A stretch of 64,000 bases of DNA. Origin: Candidatus Latescibacterota bacterium. Its GTDB lineage: Bacteria > Latescibacterota > UBA2968 > GCA-2709665. Made by a program: the position numbers and the translations under genes. This document shows, piece by piece, positions 51,001-60,630 of the stretch. The stretch lies in NCBI GenBank assembly GCA_965219455.1, contig OZ244744.1, forward strand, positions 384,001 to 448,000. Reading direction: 5' to 3'. The number at the start of each line of letters is the position of its first letter. Positions within the stretch are counted from its first letter, which is position 1. Below the pieces are notes generated by a model. That model saw only the letters and a program-made list of their open reading frames with translations. It had not been told where the DNA came from and ran no database searches.

Positions 51001-51688
51001 GAAGTACATCTTCCTCCTTGATGGCCGTGCTGGGGGGAATGATCACCCGGTCGTCGAGCGGAATCGACTCGCTGTCGATAGTTATTGGCGTGTGCGCCGT
51101 CAGTTCCGGGAAACGATTCGGCCCCACCGTAACGGTGCCCCCGCCATCCGCCTGGTTGGAGGTAATGAGATAGGCCACATAAAGGCGTGTTTTTTCCGAC
51201 AGATCGAACGCGACCCCGATCCAGTCCTTGATTTCCTGGAACGTACTCGGCTCAAGTACGGGCATATAAAGGTGTTTCGCGATAAACCGGGAATCGGCCG
51301 GCACCTGGGTGCCTTCGGACCACGTATCGTCGCCAAACACCGCCACCGCAGCACCCCCGGGGGCCGTACCCGCCATGTTACCAAGAGCAAGCCCGTCGGA
51401 CGCCACATGCGCACCCACACTCTTCATCACCGCCATAGCGCGGACGGACGCCATCTGGGAACCGTTCAACCGCGCGGCGCTGAGCGCTTCGTTATTGGCG
51501 ATCTGCACCACCACGCCCTGCTCAACCAGCAGTTCCCGGATGCGTTCCGCGGCATCGAAGACCTCGGCCACCGGAGAACCCGGGTAGCCCGTCAGCATAC
51601 CCATGCGGTGTTCCAGACCGCCCTTGACAATGAGCTCATTGCCGGTAAAGATCCCGACGCCTTCTTCCAGGAGAAATCTCGGATCCAC
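48083..51688 (-). CDS. Fused indolepyruvate:ferredoxin oxidoreductase family protein (alpha+beta, C-terminal DUF6537-like)
   Basis: GYPGSP, RTPSFCPGCPH, GDIGC, GDSTFFHSG, N..TAMTG.QP, CEYC.EC, GVGG.G and MAYKDE motifs; GTG start after AAGGA (alternative TTG 51724). Confidence 0.88.
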   Translation of the reverse strand: MDPRFLLEEGVGIFTGNELIVKGGLEHRMGMLTGYPGSPVAEVFDAAERIRELLVEQGVVVQIANNEALSAARLNGSQMASVRAMAVMKSVGAHVASDGLALGNMAGTAPGGAAVAVFGDDTWSEGTQVPADSRFIAKHLYMPVLEPSTFQEIKDWIGVAFDLSEKTRLYVAYLITSNQADGGGTVTVGPNRFPELTAHTPITIDSESIPLDDRVIIPPSTAIKEEDVLHRRMPELLEYAREYNLNRILYPPASGKKRVGFISSSLAYCYLEHVMNMVGLEGSIPILKYGLTYPVDPEILKAFVAIVDEIYVVEEKRGFLEGQVTAALQGLHQDGEIGPFRIWGKRFPNGQPGFPDSKGMNPSILLKALAPVLLGLNDPTVPIDRDRIVREVDLVDETANYLVQAAVRTPSFCPGCPHRDSASVLNRVVDDFSSTDYMQKNHQRDPADLVFHGDIGCYSLLKYKPFDRLMHNLSGMGLGGGTGAGIDPYIDNKQLVFMGDSTFFHSGMAAISDSIKHGQDITYVILDNKTTAMTGHQPTPGVDVDILGKPTFAQDIEQVVRGMAGTGDCVFVARMNPAERTSYRQTLERALLKDGVKIVIADKECGITFHRRQRATQNEVVQDRGYLPEERHINITPEVCEYCLECTRATGCSGLTVEQTLHGPKIATDLSLCVADGACTRVTVSNGDGTCPSFEEVIVKRTGPAQRQTEAIDLSNLPAPEVKAFDATWYAYIAGVGGMGINTIAAILSVAGARQGYAVRFTNKKGLAIRNGAVYSHVSFAKGDRVISQITPYGHADLLLGLDILEAVRGLESMGNGRVASPRHTTAVVETGKRHTVLTLTGQDEFDTSELEDVLKQHTNAEGFFGMDLGEISERFLGNKIYANSILLGVAYQRGVLPLELEHIKWSMERNLKRSDLESNLKAFDLGRKIAIDPDVVAEEKRSLSYMELVEDKAGILERGKGRKARDVYLELAAEVEPLALDEEDCLQFALGVYDLMQWDGADYARSYVRRVRKMYGNDRPEEGYEATRAVIRYLPRVMAYKDEVYVAHLLTSEEKYRRDCERYNVCAERGDRIAYRHFNRGNFNILGFNVYLKLTTRDWMLKLMKRMKFLRKLMPAWHKEEKAYRDWYVEFVDRFEFDHEERYGDYVRLFRMPDEVRGYREVIRPKIEAAYQAAAATMNGNGHLPSTEPYLSIEPVVERV

Positions 51689-51782
51689 AGCAATTTCCTT
51701 GGATGGTTGCCCGCTTGACGTCAACTTTTACCGCAAACCCGGAACCGCACCGGCCCCGAATTCTCCGGCCCGTGCACGAGCA

Positions 51783-53159
51783 CTATTCCATCAGCCGCCA
51801 TTGCGGGTTATACGTTTCCGCCGGATGCGTGGAGTGCACCAGTTCGAAGACTCCTGCGCCGCGACGATCCTTGAAGATGAATCTGACACCCCTCTGTTCT
51901 TCGTAAGTCCAGACTTCAAACGGCTTTTCATTGGAAGACGCCAGATTGTATTGAATGTCGCTCGGCTCGCCGAATTTGACGTAGATTCGTCCCTTGTCCG
52001 TATCCGACCCCCGCCTGCCCCGGCCAGCCGCGTAGTTGTTCTCGGCAAACCGCATTCGCTGGATGTGTTGAATCAGGCGTTCGTTTTCATCGGTTGCCGG
52101 CGTTGGATCCAGTTCCTTCCAGAACATTTTCAGATACGCCATCTGATCCTGCCTACCCTTCAGTTCTTTGTATTCCTTCCGCTGCGAACCCCTGGCAATA
52201 TATCGAATGGCTTTGTAATAGCGAATATTGTCCCGTTCCTCCTGAGTCAACTCCACGACTTTCTGCTGCACGCCCAGCGAAACCATCCGCCTCGCCCGGA
52301 GAACGGCGCGGTTGCTCCGGTCAAGCGCCTCTACTTGCAGGTAATACGTGCCCGGAGGCAGGTCGCCGGTATTGAAGACCTCTGTTTTTACCGCGCTTGT
52401 ACCTGGCTTCAGCAATCGCTGGTCGGCAAACTCCATCAGCGCGACGCCGGCCGTATCAAGCATGCTGTAACCCAGTATGAAAGTATTGTCTGCTCCCTCC
52501 ACAGGGGGCGACAGGTGATAGATCTCGAAATAGACTTCGATATCCCCGCCGGCCGGATAGGTGCGCGTCACGTTTGGAGTCACCAGCCAGCCATATCTCG
52601 AAAACCTGCCGTCCGTGTCGGTTTTGGATAGCCCGGATGCGAACAGCAGATCGCTGGATTTCAAGGCCTGCCTCTCAAAATCCCGAACCTGCAAAACACC
52701 TTTGGCCACCGCTTTGTAATCCTGCTTCAGGTCTCGAATCGAAAGCGTCATGCGATAGGTGCCCGGCTTCAGATCGAACCCGATCATATCGCGAAACGGC
52801 AGACCCGCGCCTTCGATATCCTCGGCGTTTTCCACCCAGACCTTCCGCTTCCAGGTCTCTTCGTTGACAACGGTACCTCCCGAGTCGGCCAGTGCGATGG
52901 ACAACTCCAGCTCCGCCTCGTACCGTTTTTTCTTTCGTCTGAATTTCAACTGACTCGCGTCGAGAAGAACGTAAATTTCCTGGCGGGTATATCCGACTGA
53001 ACTCTGAAATCCGGCGGTGTCCGTGAAAAATCTCAAATCTCCTTCGCCCATCAGCGGCAGATCCATGCGCCGCACCTCTCCACCGTGCCCCTCCGAGCAC
53101 CAGACCGTAACGCCCGCAACCAGCAGGGCGCCTATCCAAATCCGCTTCGCGATCCTCAT
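51783..53159 (-). CDS. GWxTD-domain exported protein
   Basis: Signal peptide; FWKELDPTP.T.ENE, GSDTDKGRIYVKFGEP and EVWTY motifs. Confidence 0.82.
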   Translation of the reverse strand: MRIAKRIWIGALLVAGVTVWCSEGHGGEVRRMDLPLMGEGDLRFFTDTAGFQSSVGYTRQEIYVLLDASQLKFRRKKKRYEAELELSIALADSGGTVVNEETWKRKVWVENAEDIEGAGLPFRDMIGFDLKPGTYRMTLSIRDLKQDYKAVAKGVLQVRDFERQALKSSDLLFASGLSKTDTDGRFSRYGWLVTPNVTRTYPAGGDIEVYFEIYHLSPPVEGADNTFILGYSMLDTAGVALMEFADQRLLKPGTSAVKTEVFNTGDLPPGTYYLQVEALDRSNRAVLRARRMVSLGVQQKVVELTQEERDNIRYYKAIRYIARGSQRKEYKELKGRQDQMAYLKMFWKELDPTPATDENERLIQHIQRMRFAENNYAAGRGRRGSDTDKGRIYVKFGEPSDIQYNLASSNEKPFEVWTYEEQRGVRFIFKDRRGAGVFELVHSTHPAETYNPQWRLME

Positions 53160-53246
53160 TTCCAAGGTCTCCAAGTTTGTTTGGATCTATTCGCAGCCGG
53201 GAATCAACTGCGGGAGGGGGGCTTTCCGCCCCGGGCCGAAACAGGC

Positions 53247-53275
53247 AATGTATTGAACTCCAACATTCAAGTCAA
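53247..53275 (-). promoter_or_regulatory. Putative sigma70 promoter for the GWxTD gene
   Basis: TTGACT-17 nt-TACATT on the minus strand. Confidence 0.55.
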
Positions 53276-53397
53276 CTCCAAAGCACCCGGCAATCCGTCA
53301 GGCCCTGGTGTCCCGTCCCAGAAATATGTCACCATTCATCCGCCGGTTCATCCCGTCTCGCAGCGTTGCCTTCGCTCGGCGGCCGAATTCAGGCAAT

Positions 53398-53802
53398 CTA
53401 TTTCCGGGACAGAACACTAGCGTCGGGCGAGACAAAAATCTCATCCTGCCGGATACGCACCGGGTATTTTCTGATTTTGAAATGCGGCGCCTCGGGACAA
53501 GCGCCGGATTCAAGATCGAACGTCAGGTTGTGCCAGAAACAGGTTAGCGTGCCGCCCCTGATCCCATCTGTCCCGATGGGGCGCTGGTTGTGTGGACAGA
53601 TATTGTCAATCGCCTCAATTCTGCCGCCCACGTTGAAAAGCCCGATTTCTCGGCCCATCATCATCACCAGCTTGCCGGTGCCGGGGGGGACTTCACGCAT
53701 CGAAGCCACACGAAAAAACCGCTGGTTTCGCCCAGAGCCGCCGGGGGCGTACTGACCGGTCCGGCACTGGCCTTTCGGACGCCATCGATTCAACTTGAAC
53801 AC
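53398..53802 (-). CDS. Rieske 2Fe-2S ferredoxin (NirD-like)
   Basis: AIDNICPH...CFWH..FDL.SG motif; start uncertain. Confidence 0.8.
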   Translation of the reverse strand: MFKLNRWRPKGQCRTGQYAPGGSGRNQRFFRVASMREVPPGTGKLVMMMGREIGLFNVGGRIEAIDNICPHNQRPIGTDGIRGGTLTCFWHNLTFDLESGACPEAPHFKIRKYPVRIRQDEIFVSPDASVLSRK

Positions 53803-53806
53803 GGTC

Positions 53807-54715
53807 TCACCCTGCAACGACGTGGTTTGCGGCGTGGTAGGAACTCCGTACCAGCGGACCCGACTCCACGTGGCGGAATCCTCGCATCTGCGCAAAAATC
53901 CGGATCTTCTCGAATTCTTCCGGATGGTAAAATCTGGCAATGGATACGTGGGCCGGCGAGGGCTGCAGATATTGCCCCACGGTCAGAATATCGGTTCCCT
54001 GTTCGGCAATGTCGTCGATGGTCTGGTAAACCTCTTCCATGGTCTCGCCCGCGCCAACCATAATGCCGGACTTCGTTGTGATATCGGCATTGGCCACGCC
54101 GGCGCGGCGCAGCAATTCGAGGGACTGCACGTAATTCGCCTGGGGGCGCATCGTTCGATACAGTCTGGGCGGCGTCTCCACGTTGTGGTTCAGAATATCG
54201 GGACCGGCGGACATCACCGCCTCCAACGCGCGCCAGTTTCCCCGAAAATCAGGAATCAACACTTCCACCCGGGCTTCAGGACTAAGCCGGCGGATCGCCC
54301 GGATGGTGGCTGAAAATATCGACGCGCCCCCATCCGGCAATTCATCGCGGTTCACAGATGTCACTACGGCGTGTCTCAGCCCCAGCCGCCGGACGGCTTC
54401 GGCGACCCGGCCGGGTTCTTCCACGTCGAGACCTTCGGGCCGCCCGGTCTTCACCGCACAAAACCCGCAGCTGCGAGTACAGATGTCTCCCAGAATCATG
54501 AACGTGGCCGTACCGGCCCCCCAGCATTCACCGATATTCGGACACTTCGCACTTTCGCAAACGGTGTGCAGATCCAGTTCCCGCATGAGCCGGTTCAATT
54601 CGCGGTACCCGGCATTGCCGGGCGCGGGTACCCGGAACCAGTCGGGCAATCGCCGGTTTTTCCTCGGGTTCGGGTTTTCGATTTGCAGGCTCATAAAGGC
54701 ATGTGGGTCCGGCAT
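53807..54715 (-). CDS. lipA: Lipoyl synthase
   Basis: [20 protein letters not shown] and [11 protein letters not shown] motifs. Confidence 0.97.
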   Translation of the reverse strand: MPDPHAFMSLQIENPNPRKNRRLPDWFRVPAPGNAGYRELNRLMRELDLHTVCESAKCPNIGECWGAGTATFMILGDICTRSCGFCAVKTGRPEGLDVEEPGRVAEAVRRLGLRHAVVTSVNRDELPDGGASIFSATIRAIRRLSPEARVEVLIPDFRGNWRALEAVMSAGPDILNHNVETPPRLYRTMRPQANYVQSLELLRRAGVANADITTKSGIMVGAGETMEEVYQTIDDIAEQGTDILTVGQYLQPSPAHVSIARFYHPEEFEKIRIFAQMRGFRHVESGPLVRSSYHAANHVVAG

Positions 54716-54762
54716 CGCTTGCGAAGTCCCGGCGCGACCGCAAGGGGTTTTAAGACAGCTTC

Positions 54763-56139
54763 TCAGCGTTCGGGTTCGCCTATTAGCGTGTGTGACGTTG
54801 CGTTCGTGATTCTGACGTTCACGAATGTATTGGTTTTAATCCCGTTTCTCGGAAACACAACCGTTTTGAATCCGTCTGATTTTCCTACCGCCTGCCCTCT
54901 ACCCCGCTTCGCGTCGCCCTCCACGAGCACCTCCCGTAATTTTCCGACGTAGCGCCTGTTGATCTCGCTGGAGATCCTCGTCTGCTGGGCAATTACGGCC
55001 TCGAGCCGCCGTCCCTTTTCGGTTTCCGACACCGTATCGGGAATCTCCCGGTAGGCCACCGTACCCTTCCTGGGCGAATACTTGAACATAAACGCCGAAT
55101 CGTACCGTACCTGTCTCATCAGCGCCATGGTCGACTCGAAATCCGAATCCGCCTCGCCCGGGAATCCCACAATGATATCCGTGGATAGACAGAGCCCTGG
55201 CAGGGCCGTTCTCAGCCGGGTGACCAGGTTCAGGTACCGGTCCTTGGAGTAGGTCCGCTTCATGGCCTTCAAAACCGTGTCGGAACCTGACTGCACCGGC
55301 AAATGGATGAAACGGCAGATCTTTCTCTCCTCGGCCATGGTACCGATCAGTTTTTCCGAAAAATCGCTGGGATGCGGCGACGTGAAGCGAATCCGCCGTA
55401 TACCGTCCACACCTGCCACCATCTTCAACAGATCGGCAAAATCGGATTCGCCGTCGTGATAGGAATTCACGGTCTGCCCGAGCAGGGTCACCTCCTGGAA
55501 CCCCTCCGACGCAGCCATGCGAACCTGTCGCAACAGGTCGCCGGCAGGCACGCTCCGCTCCCGGCCGCGCACGTAGGGAACGATGCAGAACGTGCAGAAC
55601 TTGTCGCATCCGCGCATGATCGTGATCCAGGCATTGGTGCCTTCCTGGCGAACGGGATCCAGATCCAGATAATCCTCGTGCCGGTCGAGCCGCACGTCCA
55701 ACGCGGGATTCCCGGCCGCCTCTTCGATCAACTGGGGCAGGCGACGATAGGAATCGGGCCCGACCACGAGATCGACGTACGGCAACTCGTTCAGAAGTTG
55801 CTCGGCAAGGTGCTTGGCCATGCATCCGCTCACGCCGAGTACGAGGTCCGGGCGCGTCCGCTTCGCCTGGCTAAGTTGAGAAAGGCGGCCCACCACCCGC
55901 TCCTCCGCCCGCTCTCGAATGGCGCAGGTATTCAACAGCACCACGTCCGCGTCTTCAAGACCGAACGCCCGACGGAATCCCGCCTTCTTCAGAACGCCCA
56001 TCATCAGTTCCGTGTCGGACACGTTCATCTGACAGCCATAGGTCTCAATATAGACCCGATACGCTGCGCCAGAGAAGGGCAGGTTCACTTCATCCGCCAA
56101 GGAAATGTCCGACTGTCGTTCAATGTCCAGAAGCCGCAT
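54763..56139 (-). CDS. miaB: tRNA-2-methylthio-N6-dimethylallyladenosine synthase
   Basis: [35 protein letters not shown] and RFTSPHP motifs plus C-terminal TRAM domain; GGAG RBS. Confidence 0.95.
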   Translation of the reverse strand: MRLLDIERQSDISLADEVNLPFSGAAYRVYIETYGCQMNVSDTELMMGVLKKAGFRRAFGLEDADVVLLNTCAIRERAEERVVGRLSQLSQAKRTRPDLVLGVSGCMAKHLAEQLLNELPYVDLVVGPDSYRRLPQLIEEAAGNPALDVRLDRHEDYLDLDPVRQEGTNAWITIMRGCDKFCTFCIVPYVRGRERSVPAGDLLRQVRMAASEGFQEVTLLGQTVNSYHDGESDFADLLKMVAGVDGIRRIRFTSPHPSDFSEKLIGTMAEERKICRFIHLPVQSGSDTVLKAMKRTYSKDRYLNLVTRLRTALPGLCLSTDIIVGFPGEADSDFESTMALMRQVRYDSAFMFKYSPRKGTVAYREIPDTVSETEKGRRLEAVIAQQTRISSEINRRYVGKLREVLVEGDAKRGRGQAVGKSDGFKTVVFPRNGIKTNTFVNVRITNATSHTLIGEPER

Positions 56140-57370
56140 CCGGCACTCCAGGATGATTGTCCGTCTTCGATGAGTCAGGAGATTTCTGCTTCCTGTCGCG
56201 GAGTCCCCGATGTTCGACCCCACAGTCGATCTCGTCGATCGCCAGCCTGATTTCCTCGCGGACGGCGTCGTCCGTCTCGGCGCCACGGGCCGCTGAAAGC
56301 GCACGGCGCGCATCGGGTCCGCCGATGCGGCCCAGCGCCCAGGCCGAATGCCCGCGGACAAGGGGTTCACTATCGGATAGCGCGGCCACCAACGCGGGAA
56401 TATCGGCCAACGTACCGCGATTGCCCAGAGCCACGGCGGCGTTCCGCAACAACCCGCGCCGTTTGGCGCGTTTGACAGGGCTCCCGCGAAACCTCCGGCT
56501 GAAGGTCGTCTGGTCCATGGCCAGTAACCCGGAGAGGTCGGGCGCGTCCAGATCCTCGCGGGCTTTCAGAGCCGGCTCGTCGGTCGGCCTGGCATGTTTC
56601 AGGTTCCACGGACAGACTTCCTGGCATATATCGCAACCGTAGACCCAGTCCCCTATTTTTTCCCGATAAGGCCTGGGAATCGCGCCTTTCAACTCAATCG
56701 TCAGGTACGAGATGCACCGATTGGAATCCAGCACGTATGGCTGTGGAATCGCTTCGGTCGGGCAGGCATCCATACATAGTCTGCAAGTCCCGCAATGGTC
56801 GGCAACGGGACGGTCGAGGGCCAGAGGCAGGGTCAGCAGAATTTCTCCGAGGAAAAACCACGACCCTCTGCGCTTATGTATGAGGTTGGTGTGCTTGCCG
56901 AACCACCCCAGGCCGGCCCGGGCGGCGAAATCGCGCTCCAGCACAGGACCCGTATCCACGTAGACCCGTCCCCGCACCTCCGGTTTCAGGCCCTGAATCC
57001 ATTCCAGCAAACGCTCCAAACGGGCGGTCATCAGGTCGTGATAGTCGTCGCCCCTGGCATACCTGGAGACCTTCCCCCTGGACCGCCCATCGGCAGAAGG
57101 CGCACCCGTCGCCTGATCGTAATTCATCCCCACGCAAAGGACCGTTCTGGCGCCCGGGAGCACCTGCTCGGGATGCGACCTGCGGTCGAGATTCCGGCCA
57201 AGATAAGCCATCTGGCCGGCATATCCCCGCGACAGCCAGTCCAGATAAAAAGCCCAGTGCTCCGGTGGCCCGGCGGGCGCAACCCCGACGGGGTTAAAAC
57301 CCATCCCGCGCGCCTTCCGCTTGACCTGCGCGGTCAACTTCCGCTGTTCGGTTTCCAAATCCGTGGTCAT
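56120..57370 (-). CDS. queG: tRNA epoxyqueuosine(34) reductase
   Basis: SRYARG.DYH, VDTGPVLER, CGTCRLC.DACPT, CISYLTIE and GCDICQEVCPWN motifs plus C-terminal HEAT repeats. Confidence 0.95.
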   Translation of the reverse strand: MTTDLETEQRKLTAQVKRKARGMGFNPVGVAPAGPPEHWAFYLDWLSRGYAGQMAYLGRNLDRRSHPEQVLPGARTVLCVGMNYDQATGAPSADGRSRGKVSRYARGDDYHDLMTARLERLLEWIQGLKPEVRGRVYVDTGPVLERDFAARAGLGWFGKHTNLIHKRRGSWFFLGEILLTLPLALDRPVADHCGTCRLCMDACPTEAIPQPYVLDSNRCISYLTIELKGAIPRPYREKIGDWVYGCDICQEVCPWNLKHARPTDEPALKAREDLDAPDLSGLLAMDQTTFSRRFRGSPVKRAKRRGLLRNAAVALGNRGTLADIPALVAALSDSEPLVRGHSAWALGRIGGPDARRALSAARGAETDDAVREEIRLAIDEIDCGVEHRGLRDRKQKSPDSSKTDNHPGVPDAASGH

Positions 57371-57387
57371 GGCAGCCAAACAAGCCC

Positions 57388-57421
57388 AAAAGGACAGGGA
57401 ACGGACGCACCCTGTCCTTTT
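57388..57421. terminator. 12-bp perfect hairpin (terminator-like) between the iscU-like gene and queG
   Basis: AAAAGGACAGGG-10 nt-CCCTGTCCTTTT. Confidence 0.5.
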
Positions 57422-57443
57422 CTGTTTAACAACATCAAAACCA

Positions 57444-57824
57444 TCAGGCCCTCACCCGGGACCTGAAATCCGCAACTGCCGCCCTGACTGAATCTCTGGC
57501 CAGCGCGGCCGCATGTCGTCTTGTGGGCGGCAGTCCGCCCAGCCTGGTCTCGACATCCGCCCGGGAAACCGCCCCCGCAGCGGCCACCGACAGCCCTGCC
57601 ACCATTTCCGTCAGTACGGAAGCGGCGGCGATGGTGGCCGTGCATCCCTGAGCCTGAAACACTGCCCGTACGATCCGCTCATCCACGATTTTCAGTTGAA
57701 GCGACACCACCGCGCCCGATGCCGGATTTTCGACGGAGCCGACGCCGTCCGCATCGTGCATGGTTCCTGCGTTGCGCGGATTCCTGAAATGATCCAGGGC
57801 AATTTCGCTATAGGTCTCGGCCAT
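57444..57824 (-). CDS. IscU/NifU-N-like scaffold protein, degenerate
   Basis: YS...LDHF.NPRN.G, F...GC...IA..S.LTE and LGGLP motifs; only one Cys. Confidence 0.82.
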   Translation of the reverse strand: MAETYSEIALDHFRNPRNAGTMHDADGVGSVENPASGAVVSLQLKIVDERIVRAVFQAQGCTATIAAASVLTEMVAGLSVAAAGAVSRADVETRLGGLPPTRRHAAALARDSVRAAVADFRSRVRA

Positions 57825-57845
57825 GGAGCCCAACCACCCGCCGGC

Positions 57846-58343
57846 TCATCGGGTATTTTCAAGTGGCCTTCGAGGCGGCGTAAGCGTCACCCGGTCTTCC
57901 ACGGCCAGCAGTTGCTCTTTGGTATAGATCAGTTCGGCGCGGCTCTCCGCTGCCAGTTCGGTTCGCTCCGTCATGACGATCGCGTCTTCCGGACAGGCTT
58001 CAACACACATGCCGCAGAAAATACACCGGAGCATATCGATGTCAAACCGCTTGGGATGTTTCTCCCGATCCTCCCACGGCGCTTCTTCGGCCTCGATGGC
58101 GATGCAATCCGCCGGACAAGCCGTGGCGCACATGTAGCATGCGACGCATTTCGGGCGACCCTTATCGTCCTTCGTTAGCTTGTGCAGCCCTCGGTATCCG
58201 CTGGGTTTTGTCCAGGTTTCTTCCGGATACTGCATCGTTATCTTCTTGCCGAGCAGATGCCTGAAGGTCAGAGACAGACCCTTTGTGATTGCCGGAAGGT
58301 ACATTCTTTCGGTCAGAGTCATTTCGTGACCGACCTTTTTCAT
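57846..58343 (-). CDS. nuoI: NADH-quinone oxidoreductase subunit I (stand-alone)
   Basis: T.QYPEE, YRG.H.L, CVACYMCATACP and RCIFCGMCVEACP motifs; AGAGGAG RBS. Confidence 0.88.
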   Translation of the reverse strand: MKKVGHEMTLTERMYLPAITKGLSLTFRHLLGKKITMQYPEETWTKPSGYRGLHKLTKDDKGRPKCVACYMCATACPADCIAIEAEEAPWEDREKHPKRFDIDMLRCIFCGMCVEACPEDAIVMTERTELAAESRAELIYTKEQLLAVEDRVTLTPPRRPLENTR

Positions 58344-59961
58344 ATCGGCGTTCTCCTCTCCTGTTTCGGGATCTGCCCTTACGCCGTTTATTGGAACGGC
58401 CCGCCCACTGGGTGGCAACCGTCTGTCGGATGATCGTAACCTGAATCTCGCCGGGATAGGTCATTCCCTCCCGGATGCGCTGCGCAATTTCAAATGACAG
58501 ACCCCTGGCGTGTTCGTCGTCCACCCGGCCGGCATTCACCATCACACGGATCTCCCGGCCGGCATTAATGGCATACGCGTCACGTACGCCATTAAATCCC
58601 CGGGCAATATCCTCCAGATCGCGTACCCTTCGAACATACCCTTCCGCGTCGTCCCGGCGGGCGCCCGGACGGGAGGACGAAATGGCGTCCGCAGCCTTTA
58701 CCAGGAAGGATATGGGAGAACTGGCCTCGGCGTCTCCGTGATGGTAGAGAATAGCATTCCCCACCTCAGGCCCTTCGCCATGTTGCCGCACCATCGCCAC
58801 GCCGATATCGGTATGCGTTCCTTCCTGCTCCTGATCGACCGCCTTACCGATGTCATGCAACAGTCCGGCCCGCCGCGCCAGCATCTCGTCCATCCGCAGT
58901 TCCGCAGCCATTGCGCCTGCCAGGAACGCAACTTCCTTGGAATGTCCCAACACACTCTGACCGTAGCTGGTGCGATACTTCAGGCGTCCCAACATCGTTA
59001 CCAGTTCGGAGTGCAAGTTGTCGATGCCCACTTCCTTGACTGCGCGCCGCCCCTCCTCTTCGATCAGGGTCTCGATACGAGTCTCACAATCGGCCACAAC
59101 CTCTTCCACCCGGCTTGGATTGATTCGCCCCTCCTTCACCAACTGCTCCATCGCCAGCCTGGCCACATCCCGCTTTACCGGATCGAAGCTGGAGAGAACC
59201 ACGGCTTCGGGCGTATCGTTAACGATCACCTTCACACCGGTCGCAGCTTCGAATGAGATAATATTCCGCCCCTCCTTGCCGACGATTCTTCCCTTGATAT
59301 CGTCGTCGGGCAGCGCCACAACCGAAATGGACGATTGTACGGTCTGATCCGTTGAACATCGTTCAATCGCCTGCGCAATGATCTTTTTTGACTCACGCTC
59401 GGACCGGTCCTTGGCCTGATCGATGATCTCCATACCCATCGCGGTCGCCGTATGCCGCAAATCGGTCTCGATCGTCTCCAGGAGCATTTCCCGGGCGCGG
59501 TCCACATTCATGCCGGATATGCGTTCAAGTTGGGCGCGTTGTTCGGTCAGTACCTGATCGAGTTCCTGCTGATTCTGATCCAGGCGTACCACGCGCTGCC
59601 GTACGTCGCGCTCCCGGCGATTCAGCTCCTTGTTTCGCAGTTTGAGGTTATCGTGCTGCTCCAGTATGCCGTTCTCTTTTTCGTTGAGGTCCTCACCCCG
59701 CCGTTCCAATTCACGCCTCTTGCTATCCAGTTCGCGCTCGAACGTCGTCTTGGCATCGTACCACTTGTTCTTCTCTTCGAGAAATGTGGCTCTGCGCTCC
59801 CGGCCCGCCTTCTCAACCAATTTTGAAATCCGACGCTCGGTGTGGTGTTCAATTTCCTGAATTCTGCGGGCCTTGAGCCTCGCGCATAAAAACCACCCGG
59901 CAGCGAAGAGGAGAAACGCGCATGCAATGGCAAGACAAACTGAGTATGCATCCAGCGCCAT
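58162..59961 (-). CDS. rny: Ribonuclease Y, with long basic C-terminal extension
   Basis: N-terminal TM and coiled coil; KGRIVGKEGRNI (KH); RTSYGQ..L.HS; LLHDIGK; ADAISSSRPGAR; GREIRV; YPGEI.VT.IR. Confidence 0.95.
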   Translation of the reverse strand: MALDAYSVCLAIACAFLLFAAGWFLCARLKARRIQEIEHHTERRISKLVEKAGRERRATFLEEKNKWYDAKTTFERELDSKRRELERRGEDLNEKENGILEQHDNLKLRNKELNRRERDVRQRVVRLDQNQQELDQVLTEQRAQLERISGMNVDRAREMLLETIETDLRHTATAMGMEIIDQAKDRSERESKKIIAQAIERCSTDQTVQSSISVVALPDDDIKGRIVGKEGRNIISFEAATGVKVIVNDTPEAVVLSSFDPVKRDVARLAMEQLVKEGRINPSRVEEVVADCETRIETLIEEEGRRAVKEVGIDNLHSELVTMLGRLKYRTSYGQSVLGHSKEVAFLAGAMAAELRMDEMLARRAGLLHDIGKAVDQEQEGTHTDIGVAMVRQHGEGPEVGNAILYHHGDAEASSPISFLVKAADAISSSRPGARRDDAEGYVRRVRDLEDIARGFNGVRDAYAINAGREIRVMVNAGRVDDEHARGLSFEIAQRIREGMTYPGEIQVTIIRQTVATQWAGRSNKRRKGRSRNRRGERRYEKGRSRNDSDRKNVPSGNHKGSVSDLQASARQEDNDAVSGRNLDKTQRIPRAAQANEGR

Positions 59962-60266
59962 TGAAGCCTCCCGTGTTCGAAAAAATTTAGGTCCAGGTCA
60001 ATCGATTCACGCACATTCGGCCCTACCGTGAATTGTCGCTTTTGCTCATTACAGCAATGCGACGCCGGTTCTCCGGAATTCGCCAACAGAGCCAATTGCT
60101 GCCCGCACCCGTGCGGGAGCAGGCTTGCAATGTGCAACAAAATCAACATAAGACTCCGGTTCAGCTGATCGATCGGACGACAAAGGGAGGCATCCGTCCC
60201 GGACCCCTCCCTCCCTTAATCCAGAAACAAACCGGCTGCTGCCACAAAACACGCCGGTTCATTTCA

Positions 60267-60590
60267 TTATACACCAAACGACTCCCCACAGCCGCACTGA
60301 TTCGTGGCATTGGGATTCAGTACCCTGAAGCCCGTACCCATCAGCCCATCGTCATAATCCAGTTCGGACCCGGCGAGATAGAGCGCACTCTTCATGTCCA
60401 CAAACACCCTGACGCCGTTGCTTTCGATAGTGTCGTCATCTTCGCCGGGGCCATCTTCAAAGCCCATCTGGTACTGCAACCCGGAACATCCGCCTCCGAC
60501 CACCTTCATCCGGAGACCGGCTTGGGGAACGCCTTCGCGTTCCAACAGGTTCCTGATCTTTACCGCTGCAGCCTCGGTGACCGTAACCAT
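60267..60590 (-). CDS. iscA: HesB/IscA/ErpA family Fe-S carrier
   Basis: GGGCSG.QY and NPNA...CGCGESF motifs. Confidence 0.92.
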   Translation of the reverse strand: MVTVTEAAAVKIRNLLEREGVPQAGLRMKVVGGGCSGLQYQMGFEDGPGEDDDTIESNGVRVFVDMKSALYLAGSELDYDDGLMGTGFRVLNPNATNQCGCGESFGV

Positions 60591-60630
60591 TGTGCCCTCA
60601 ACCTTCTCGGAAATCTTGAAACGTTACCGC

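Noticed and set aside
59962-60266. 6S RNA upstream of rny
   Set aside because: The position is typical, but I see only short local hairpins, not the long rod with a central bubble, and no zapA.
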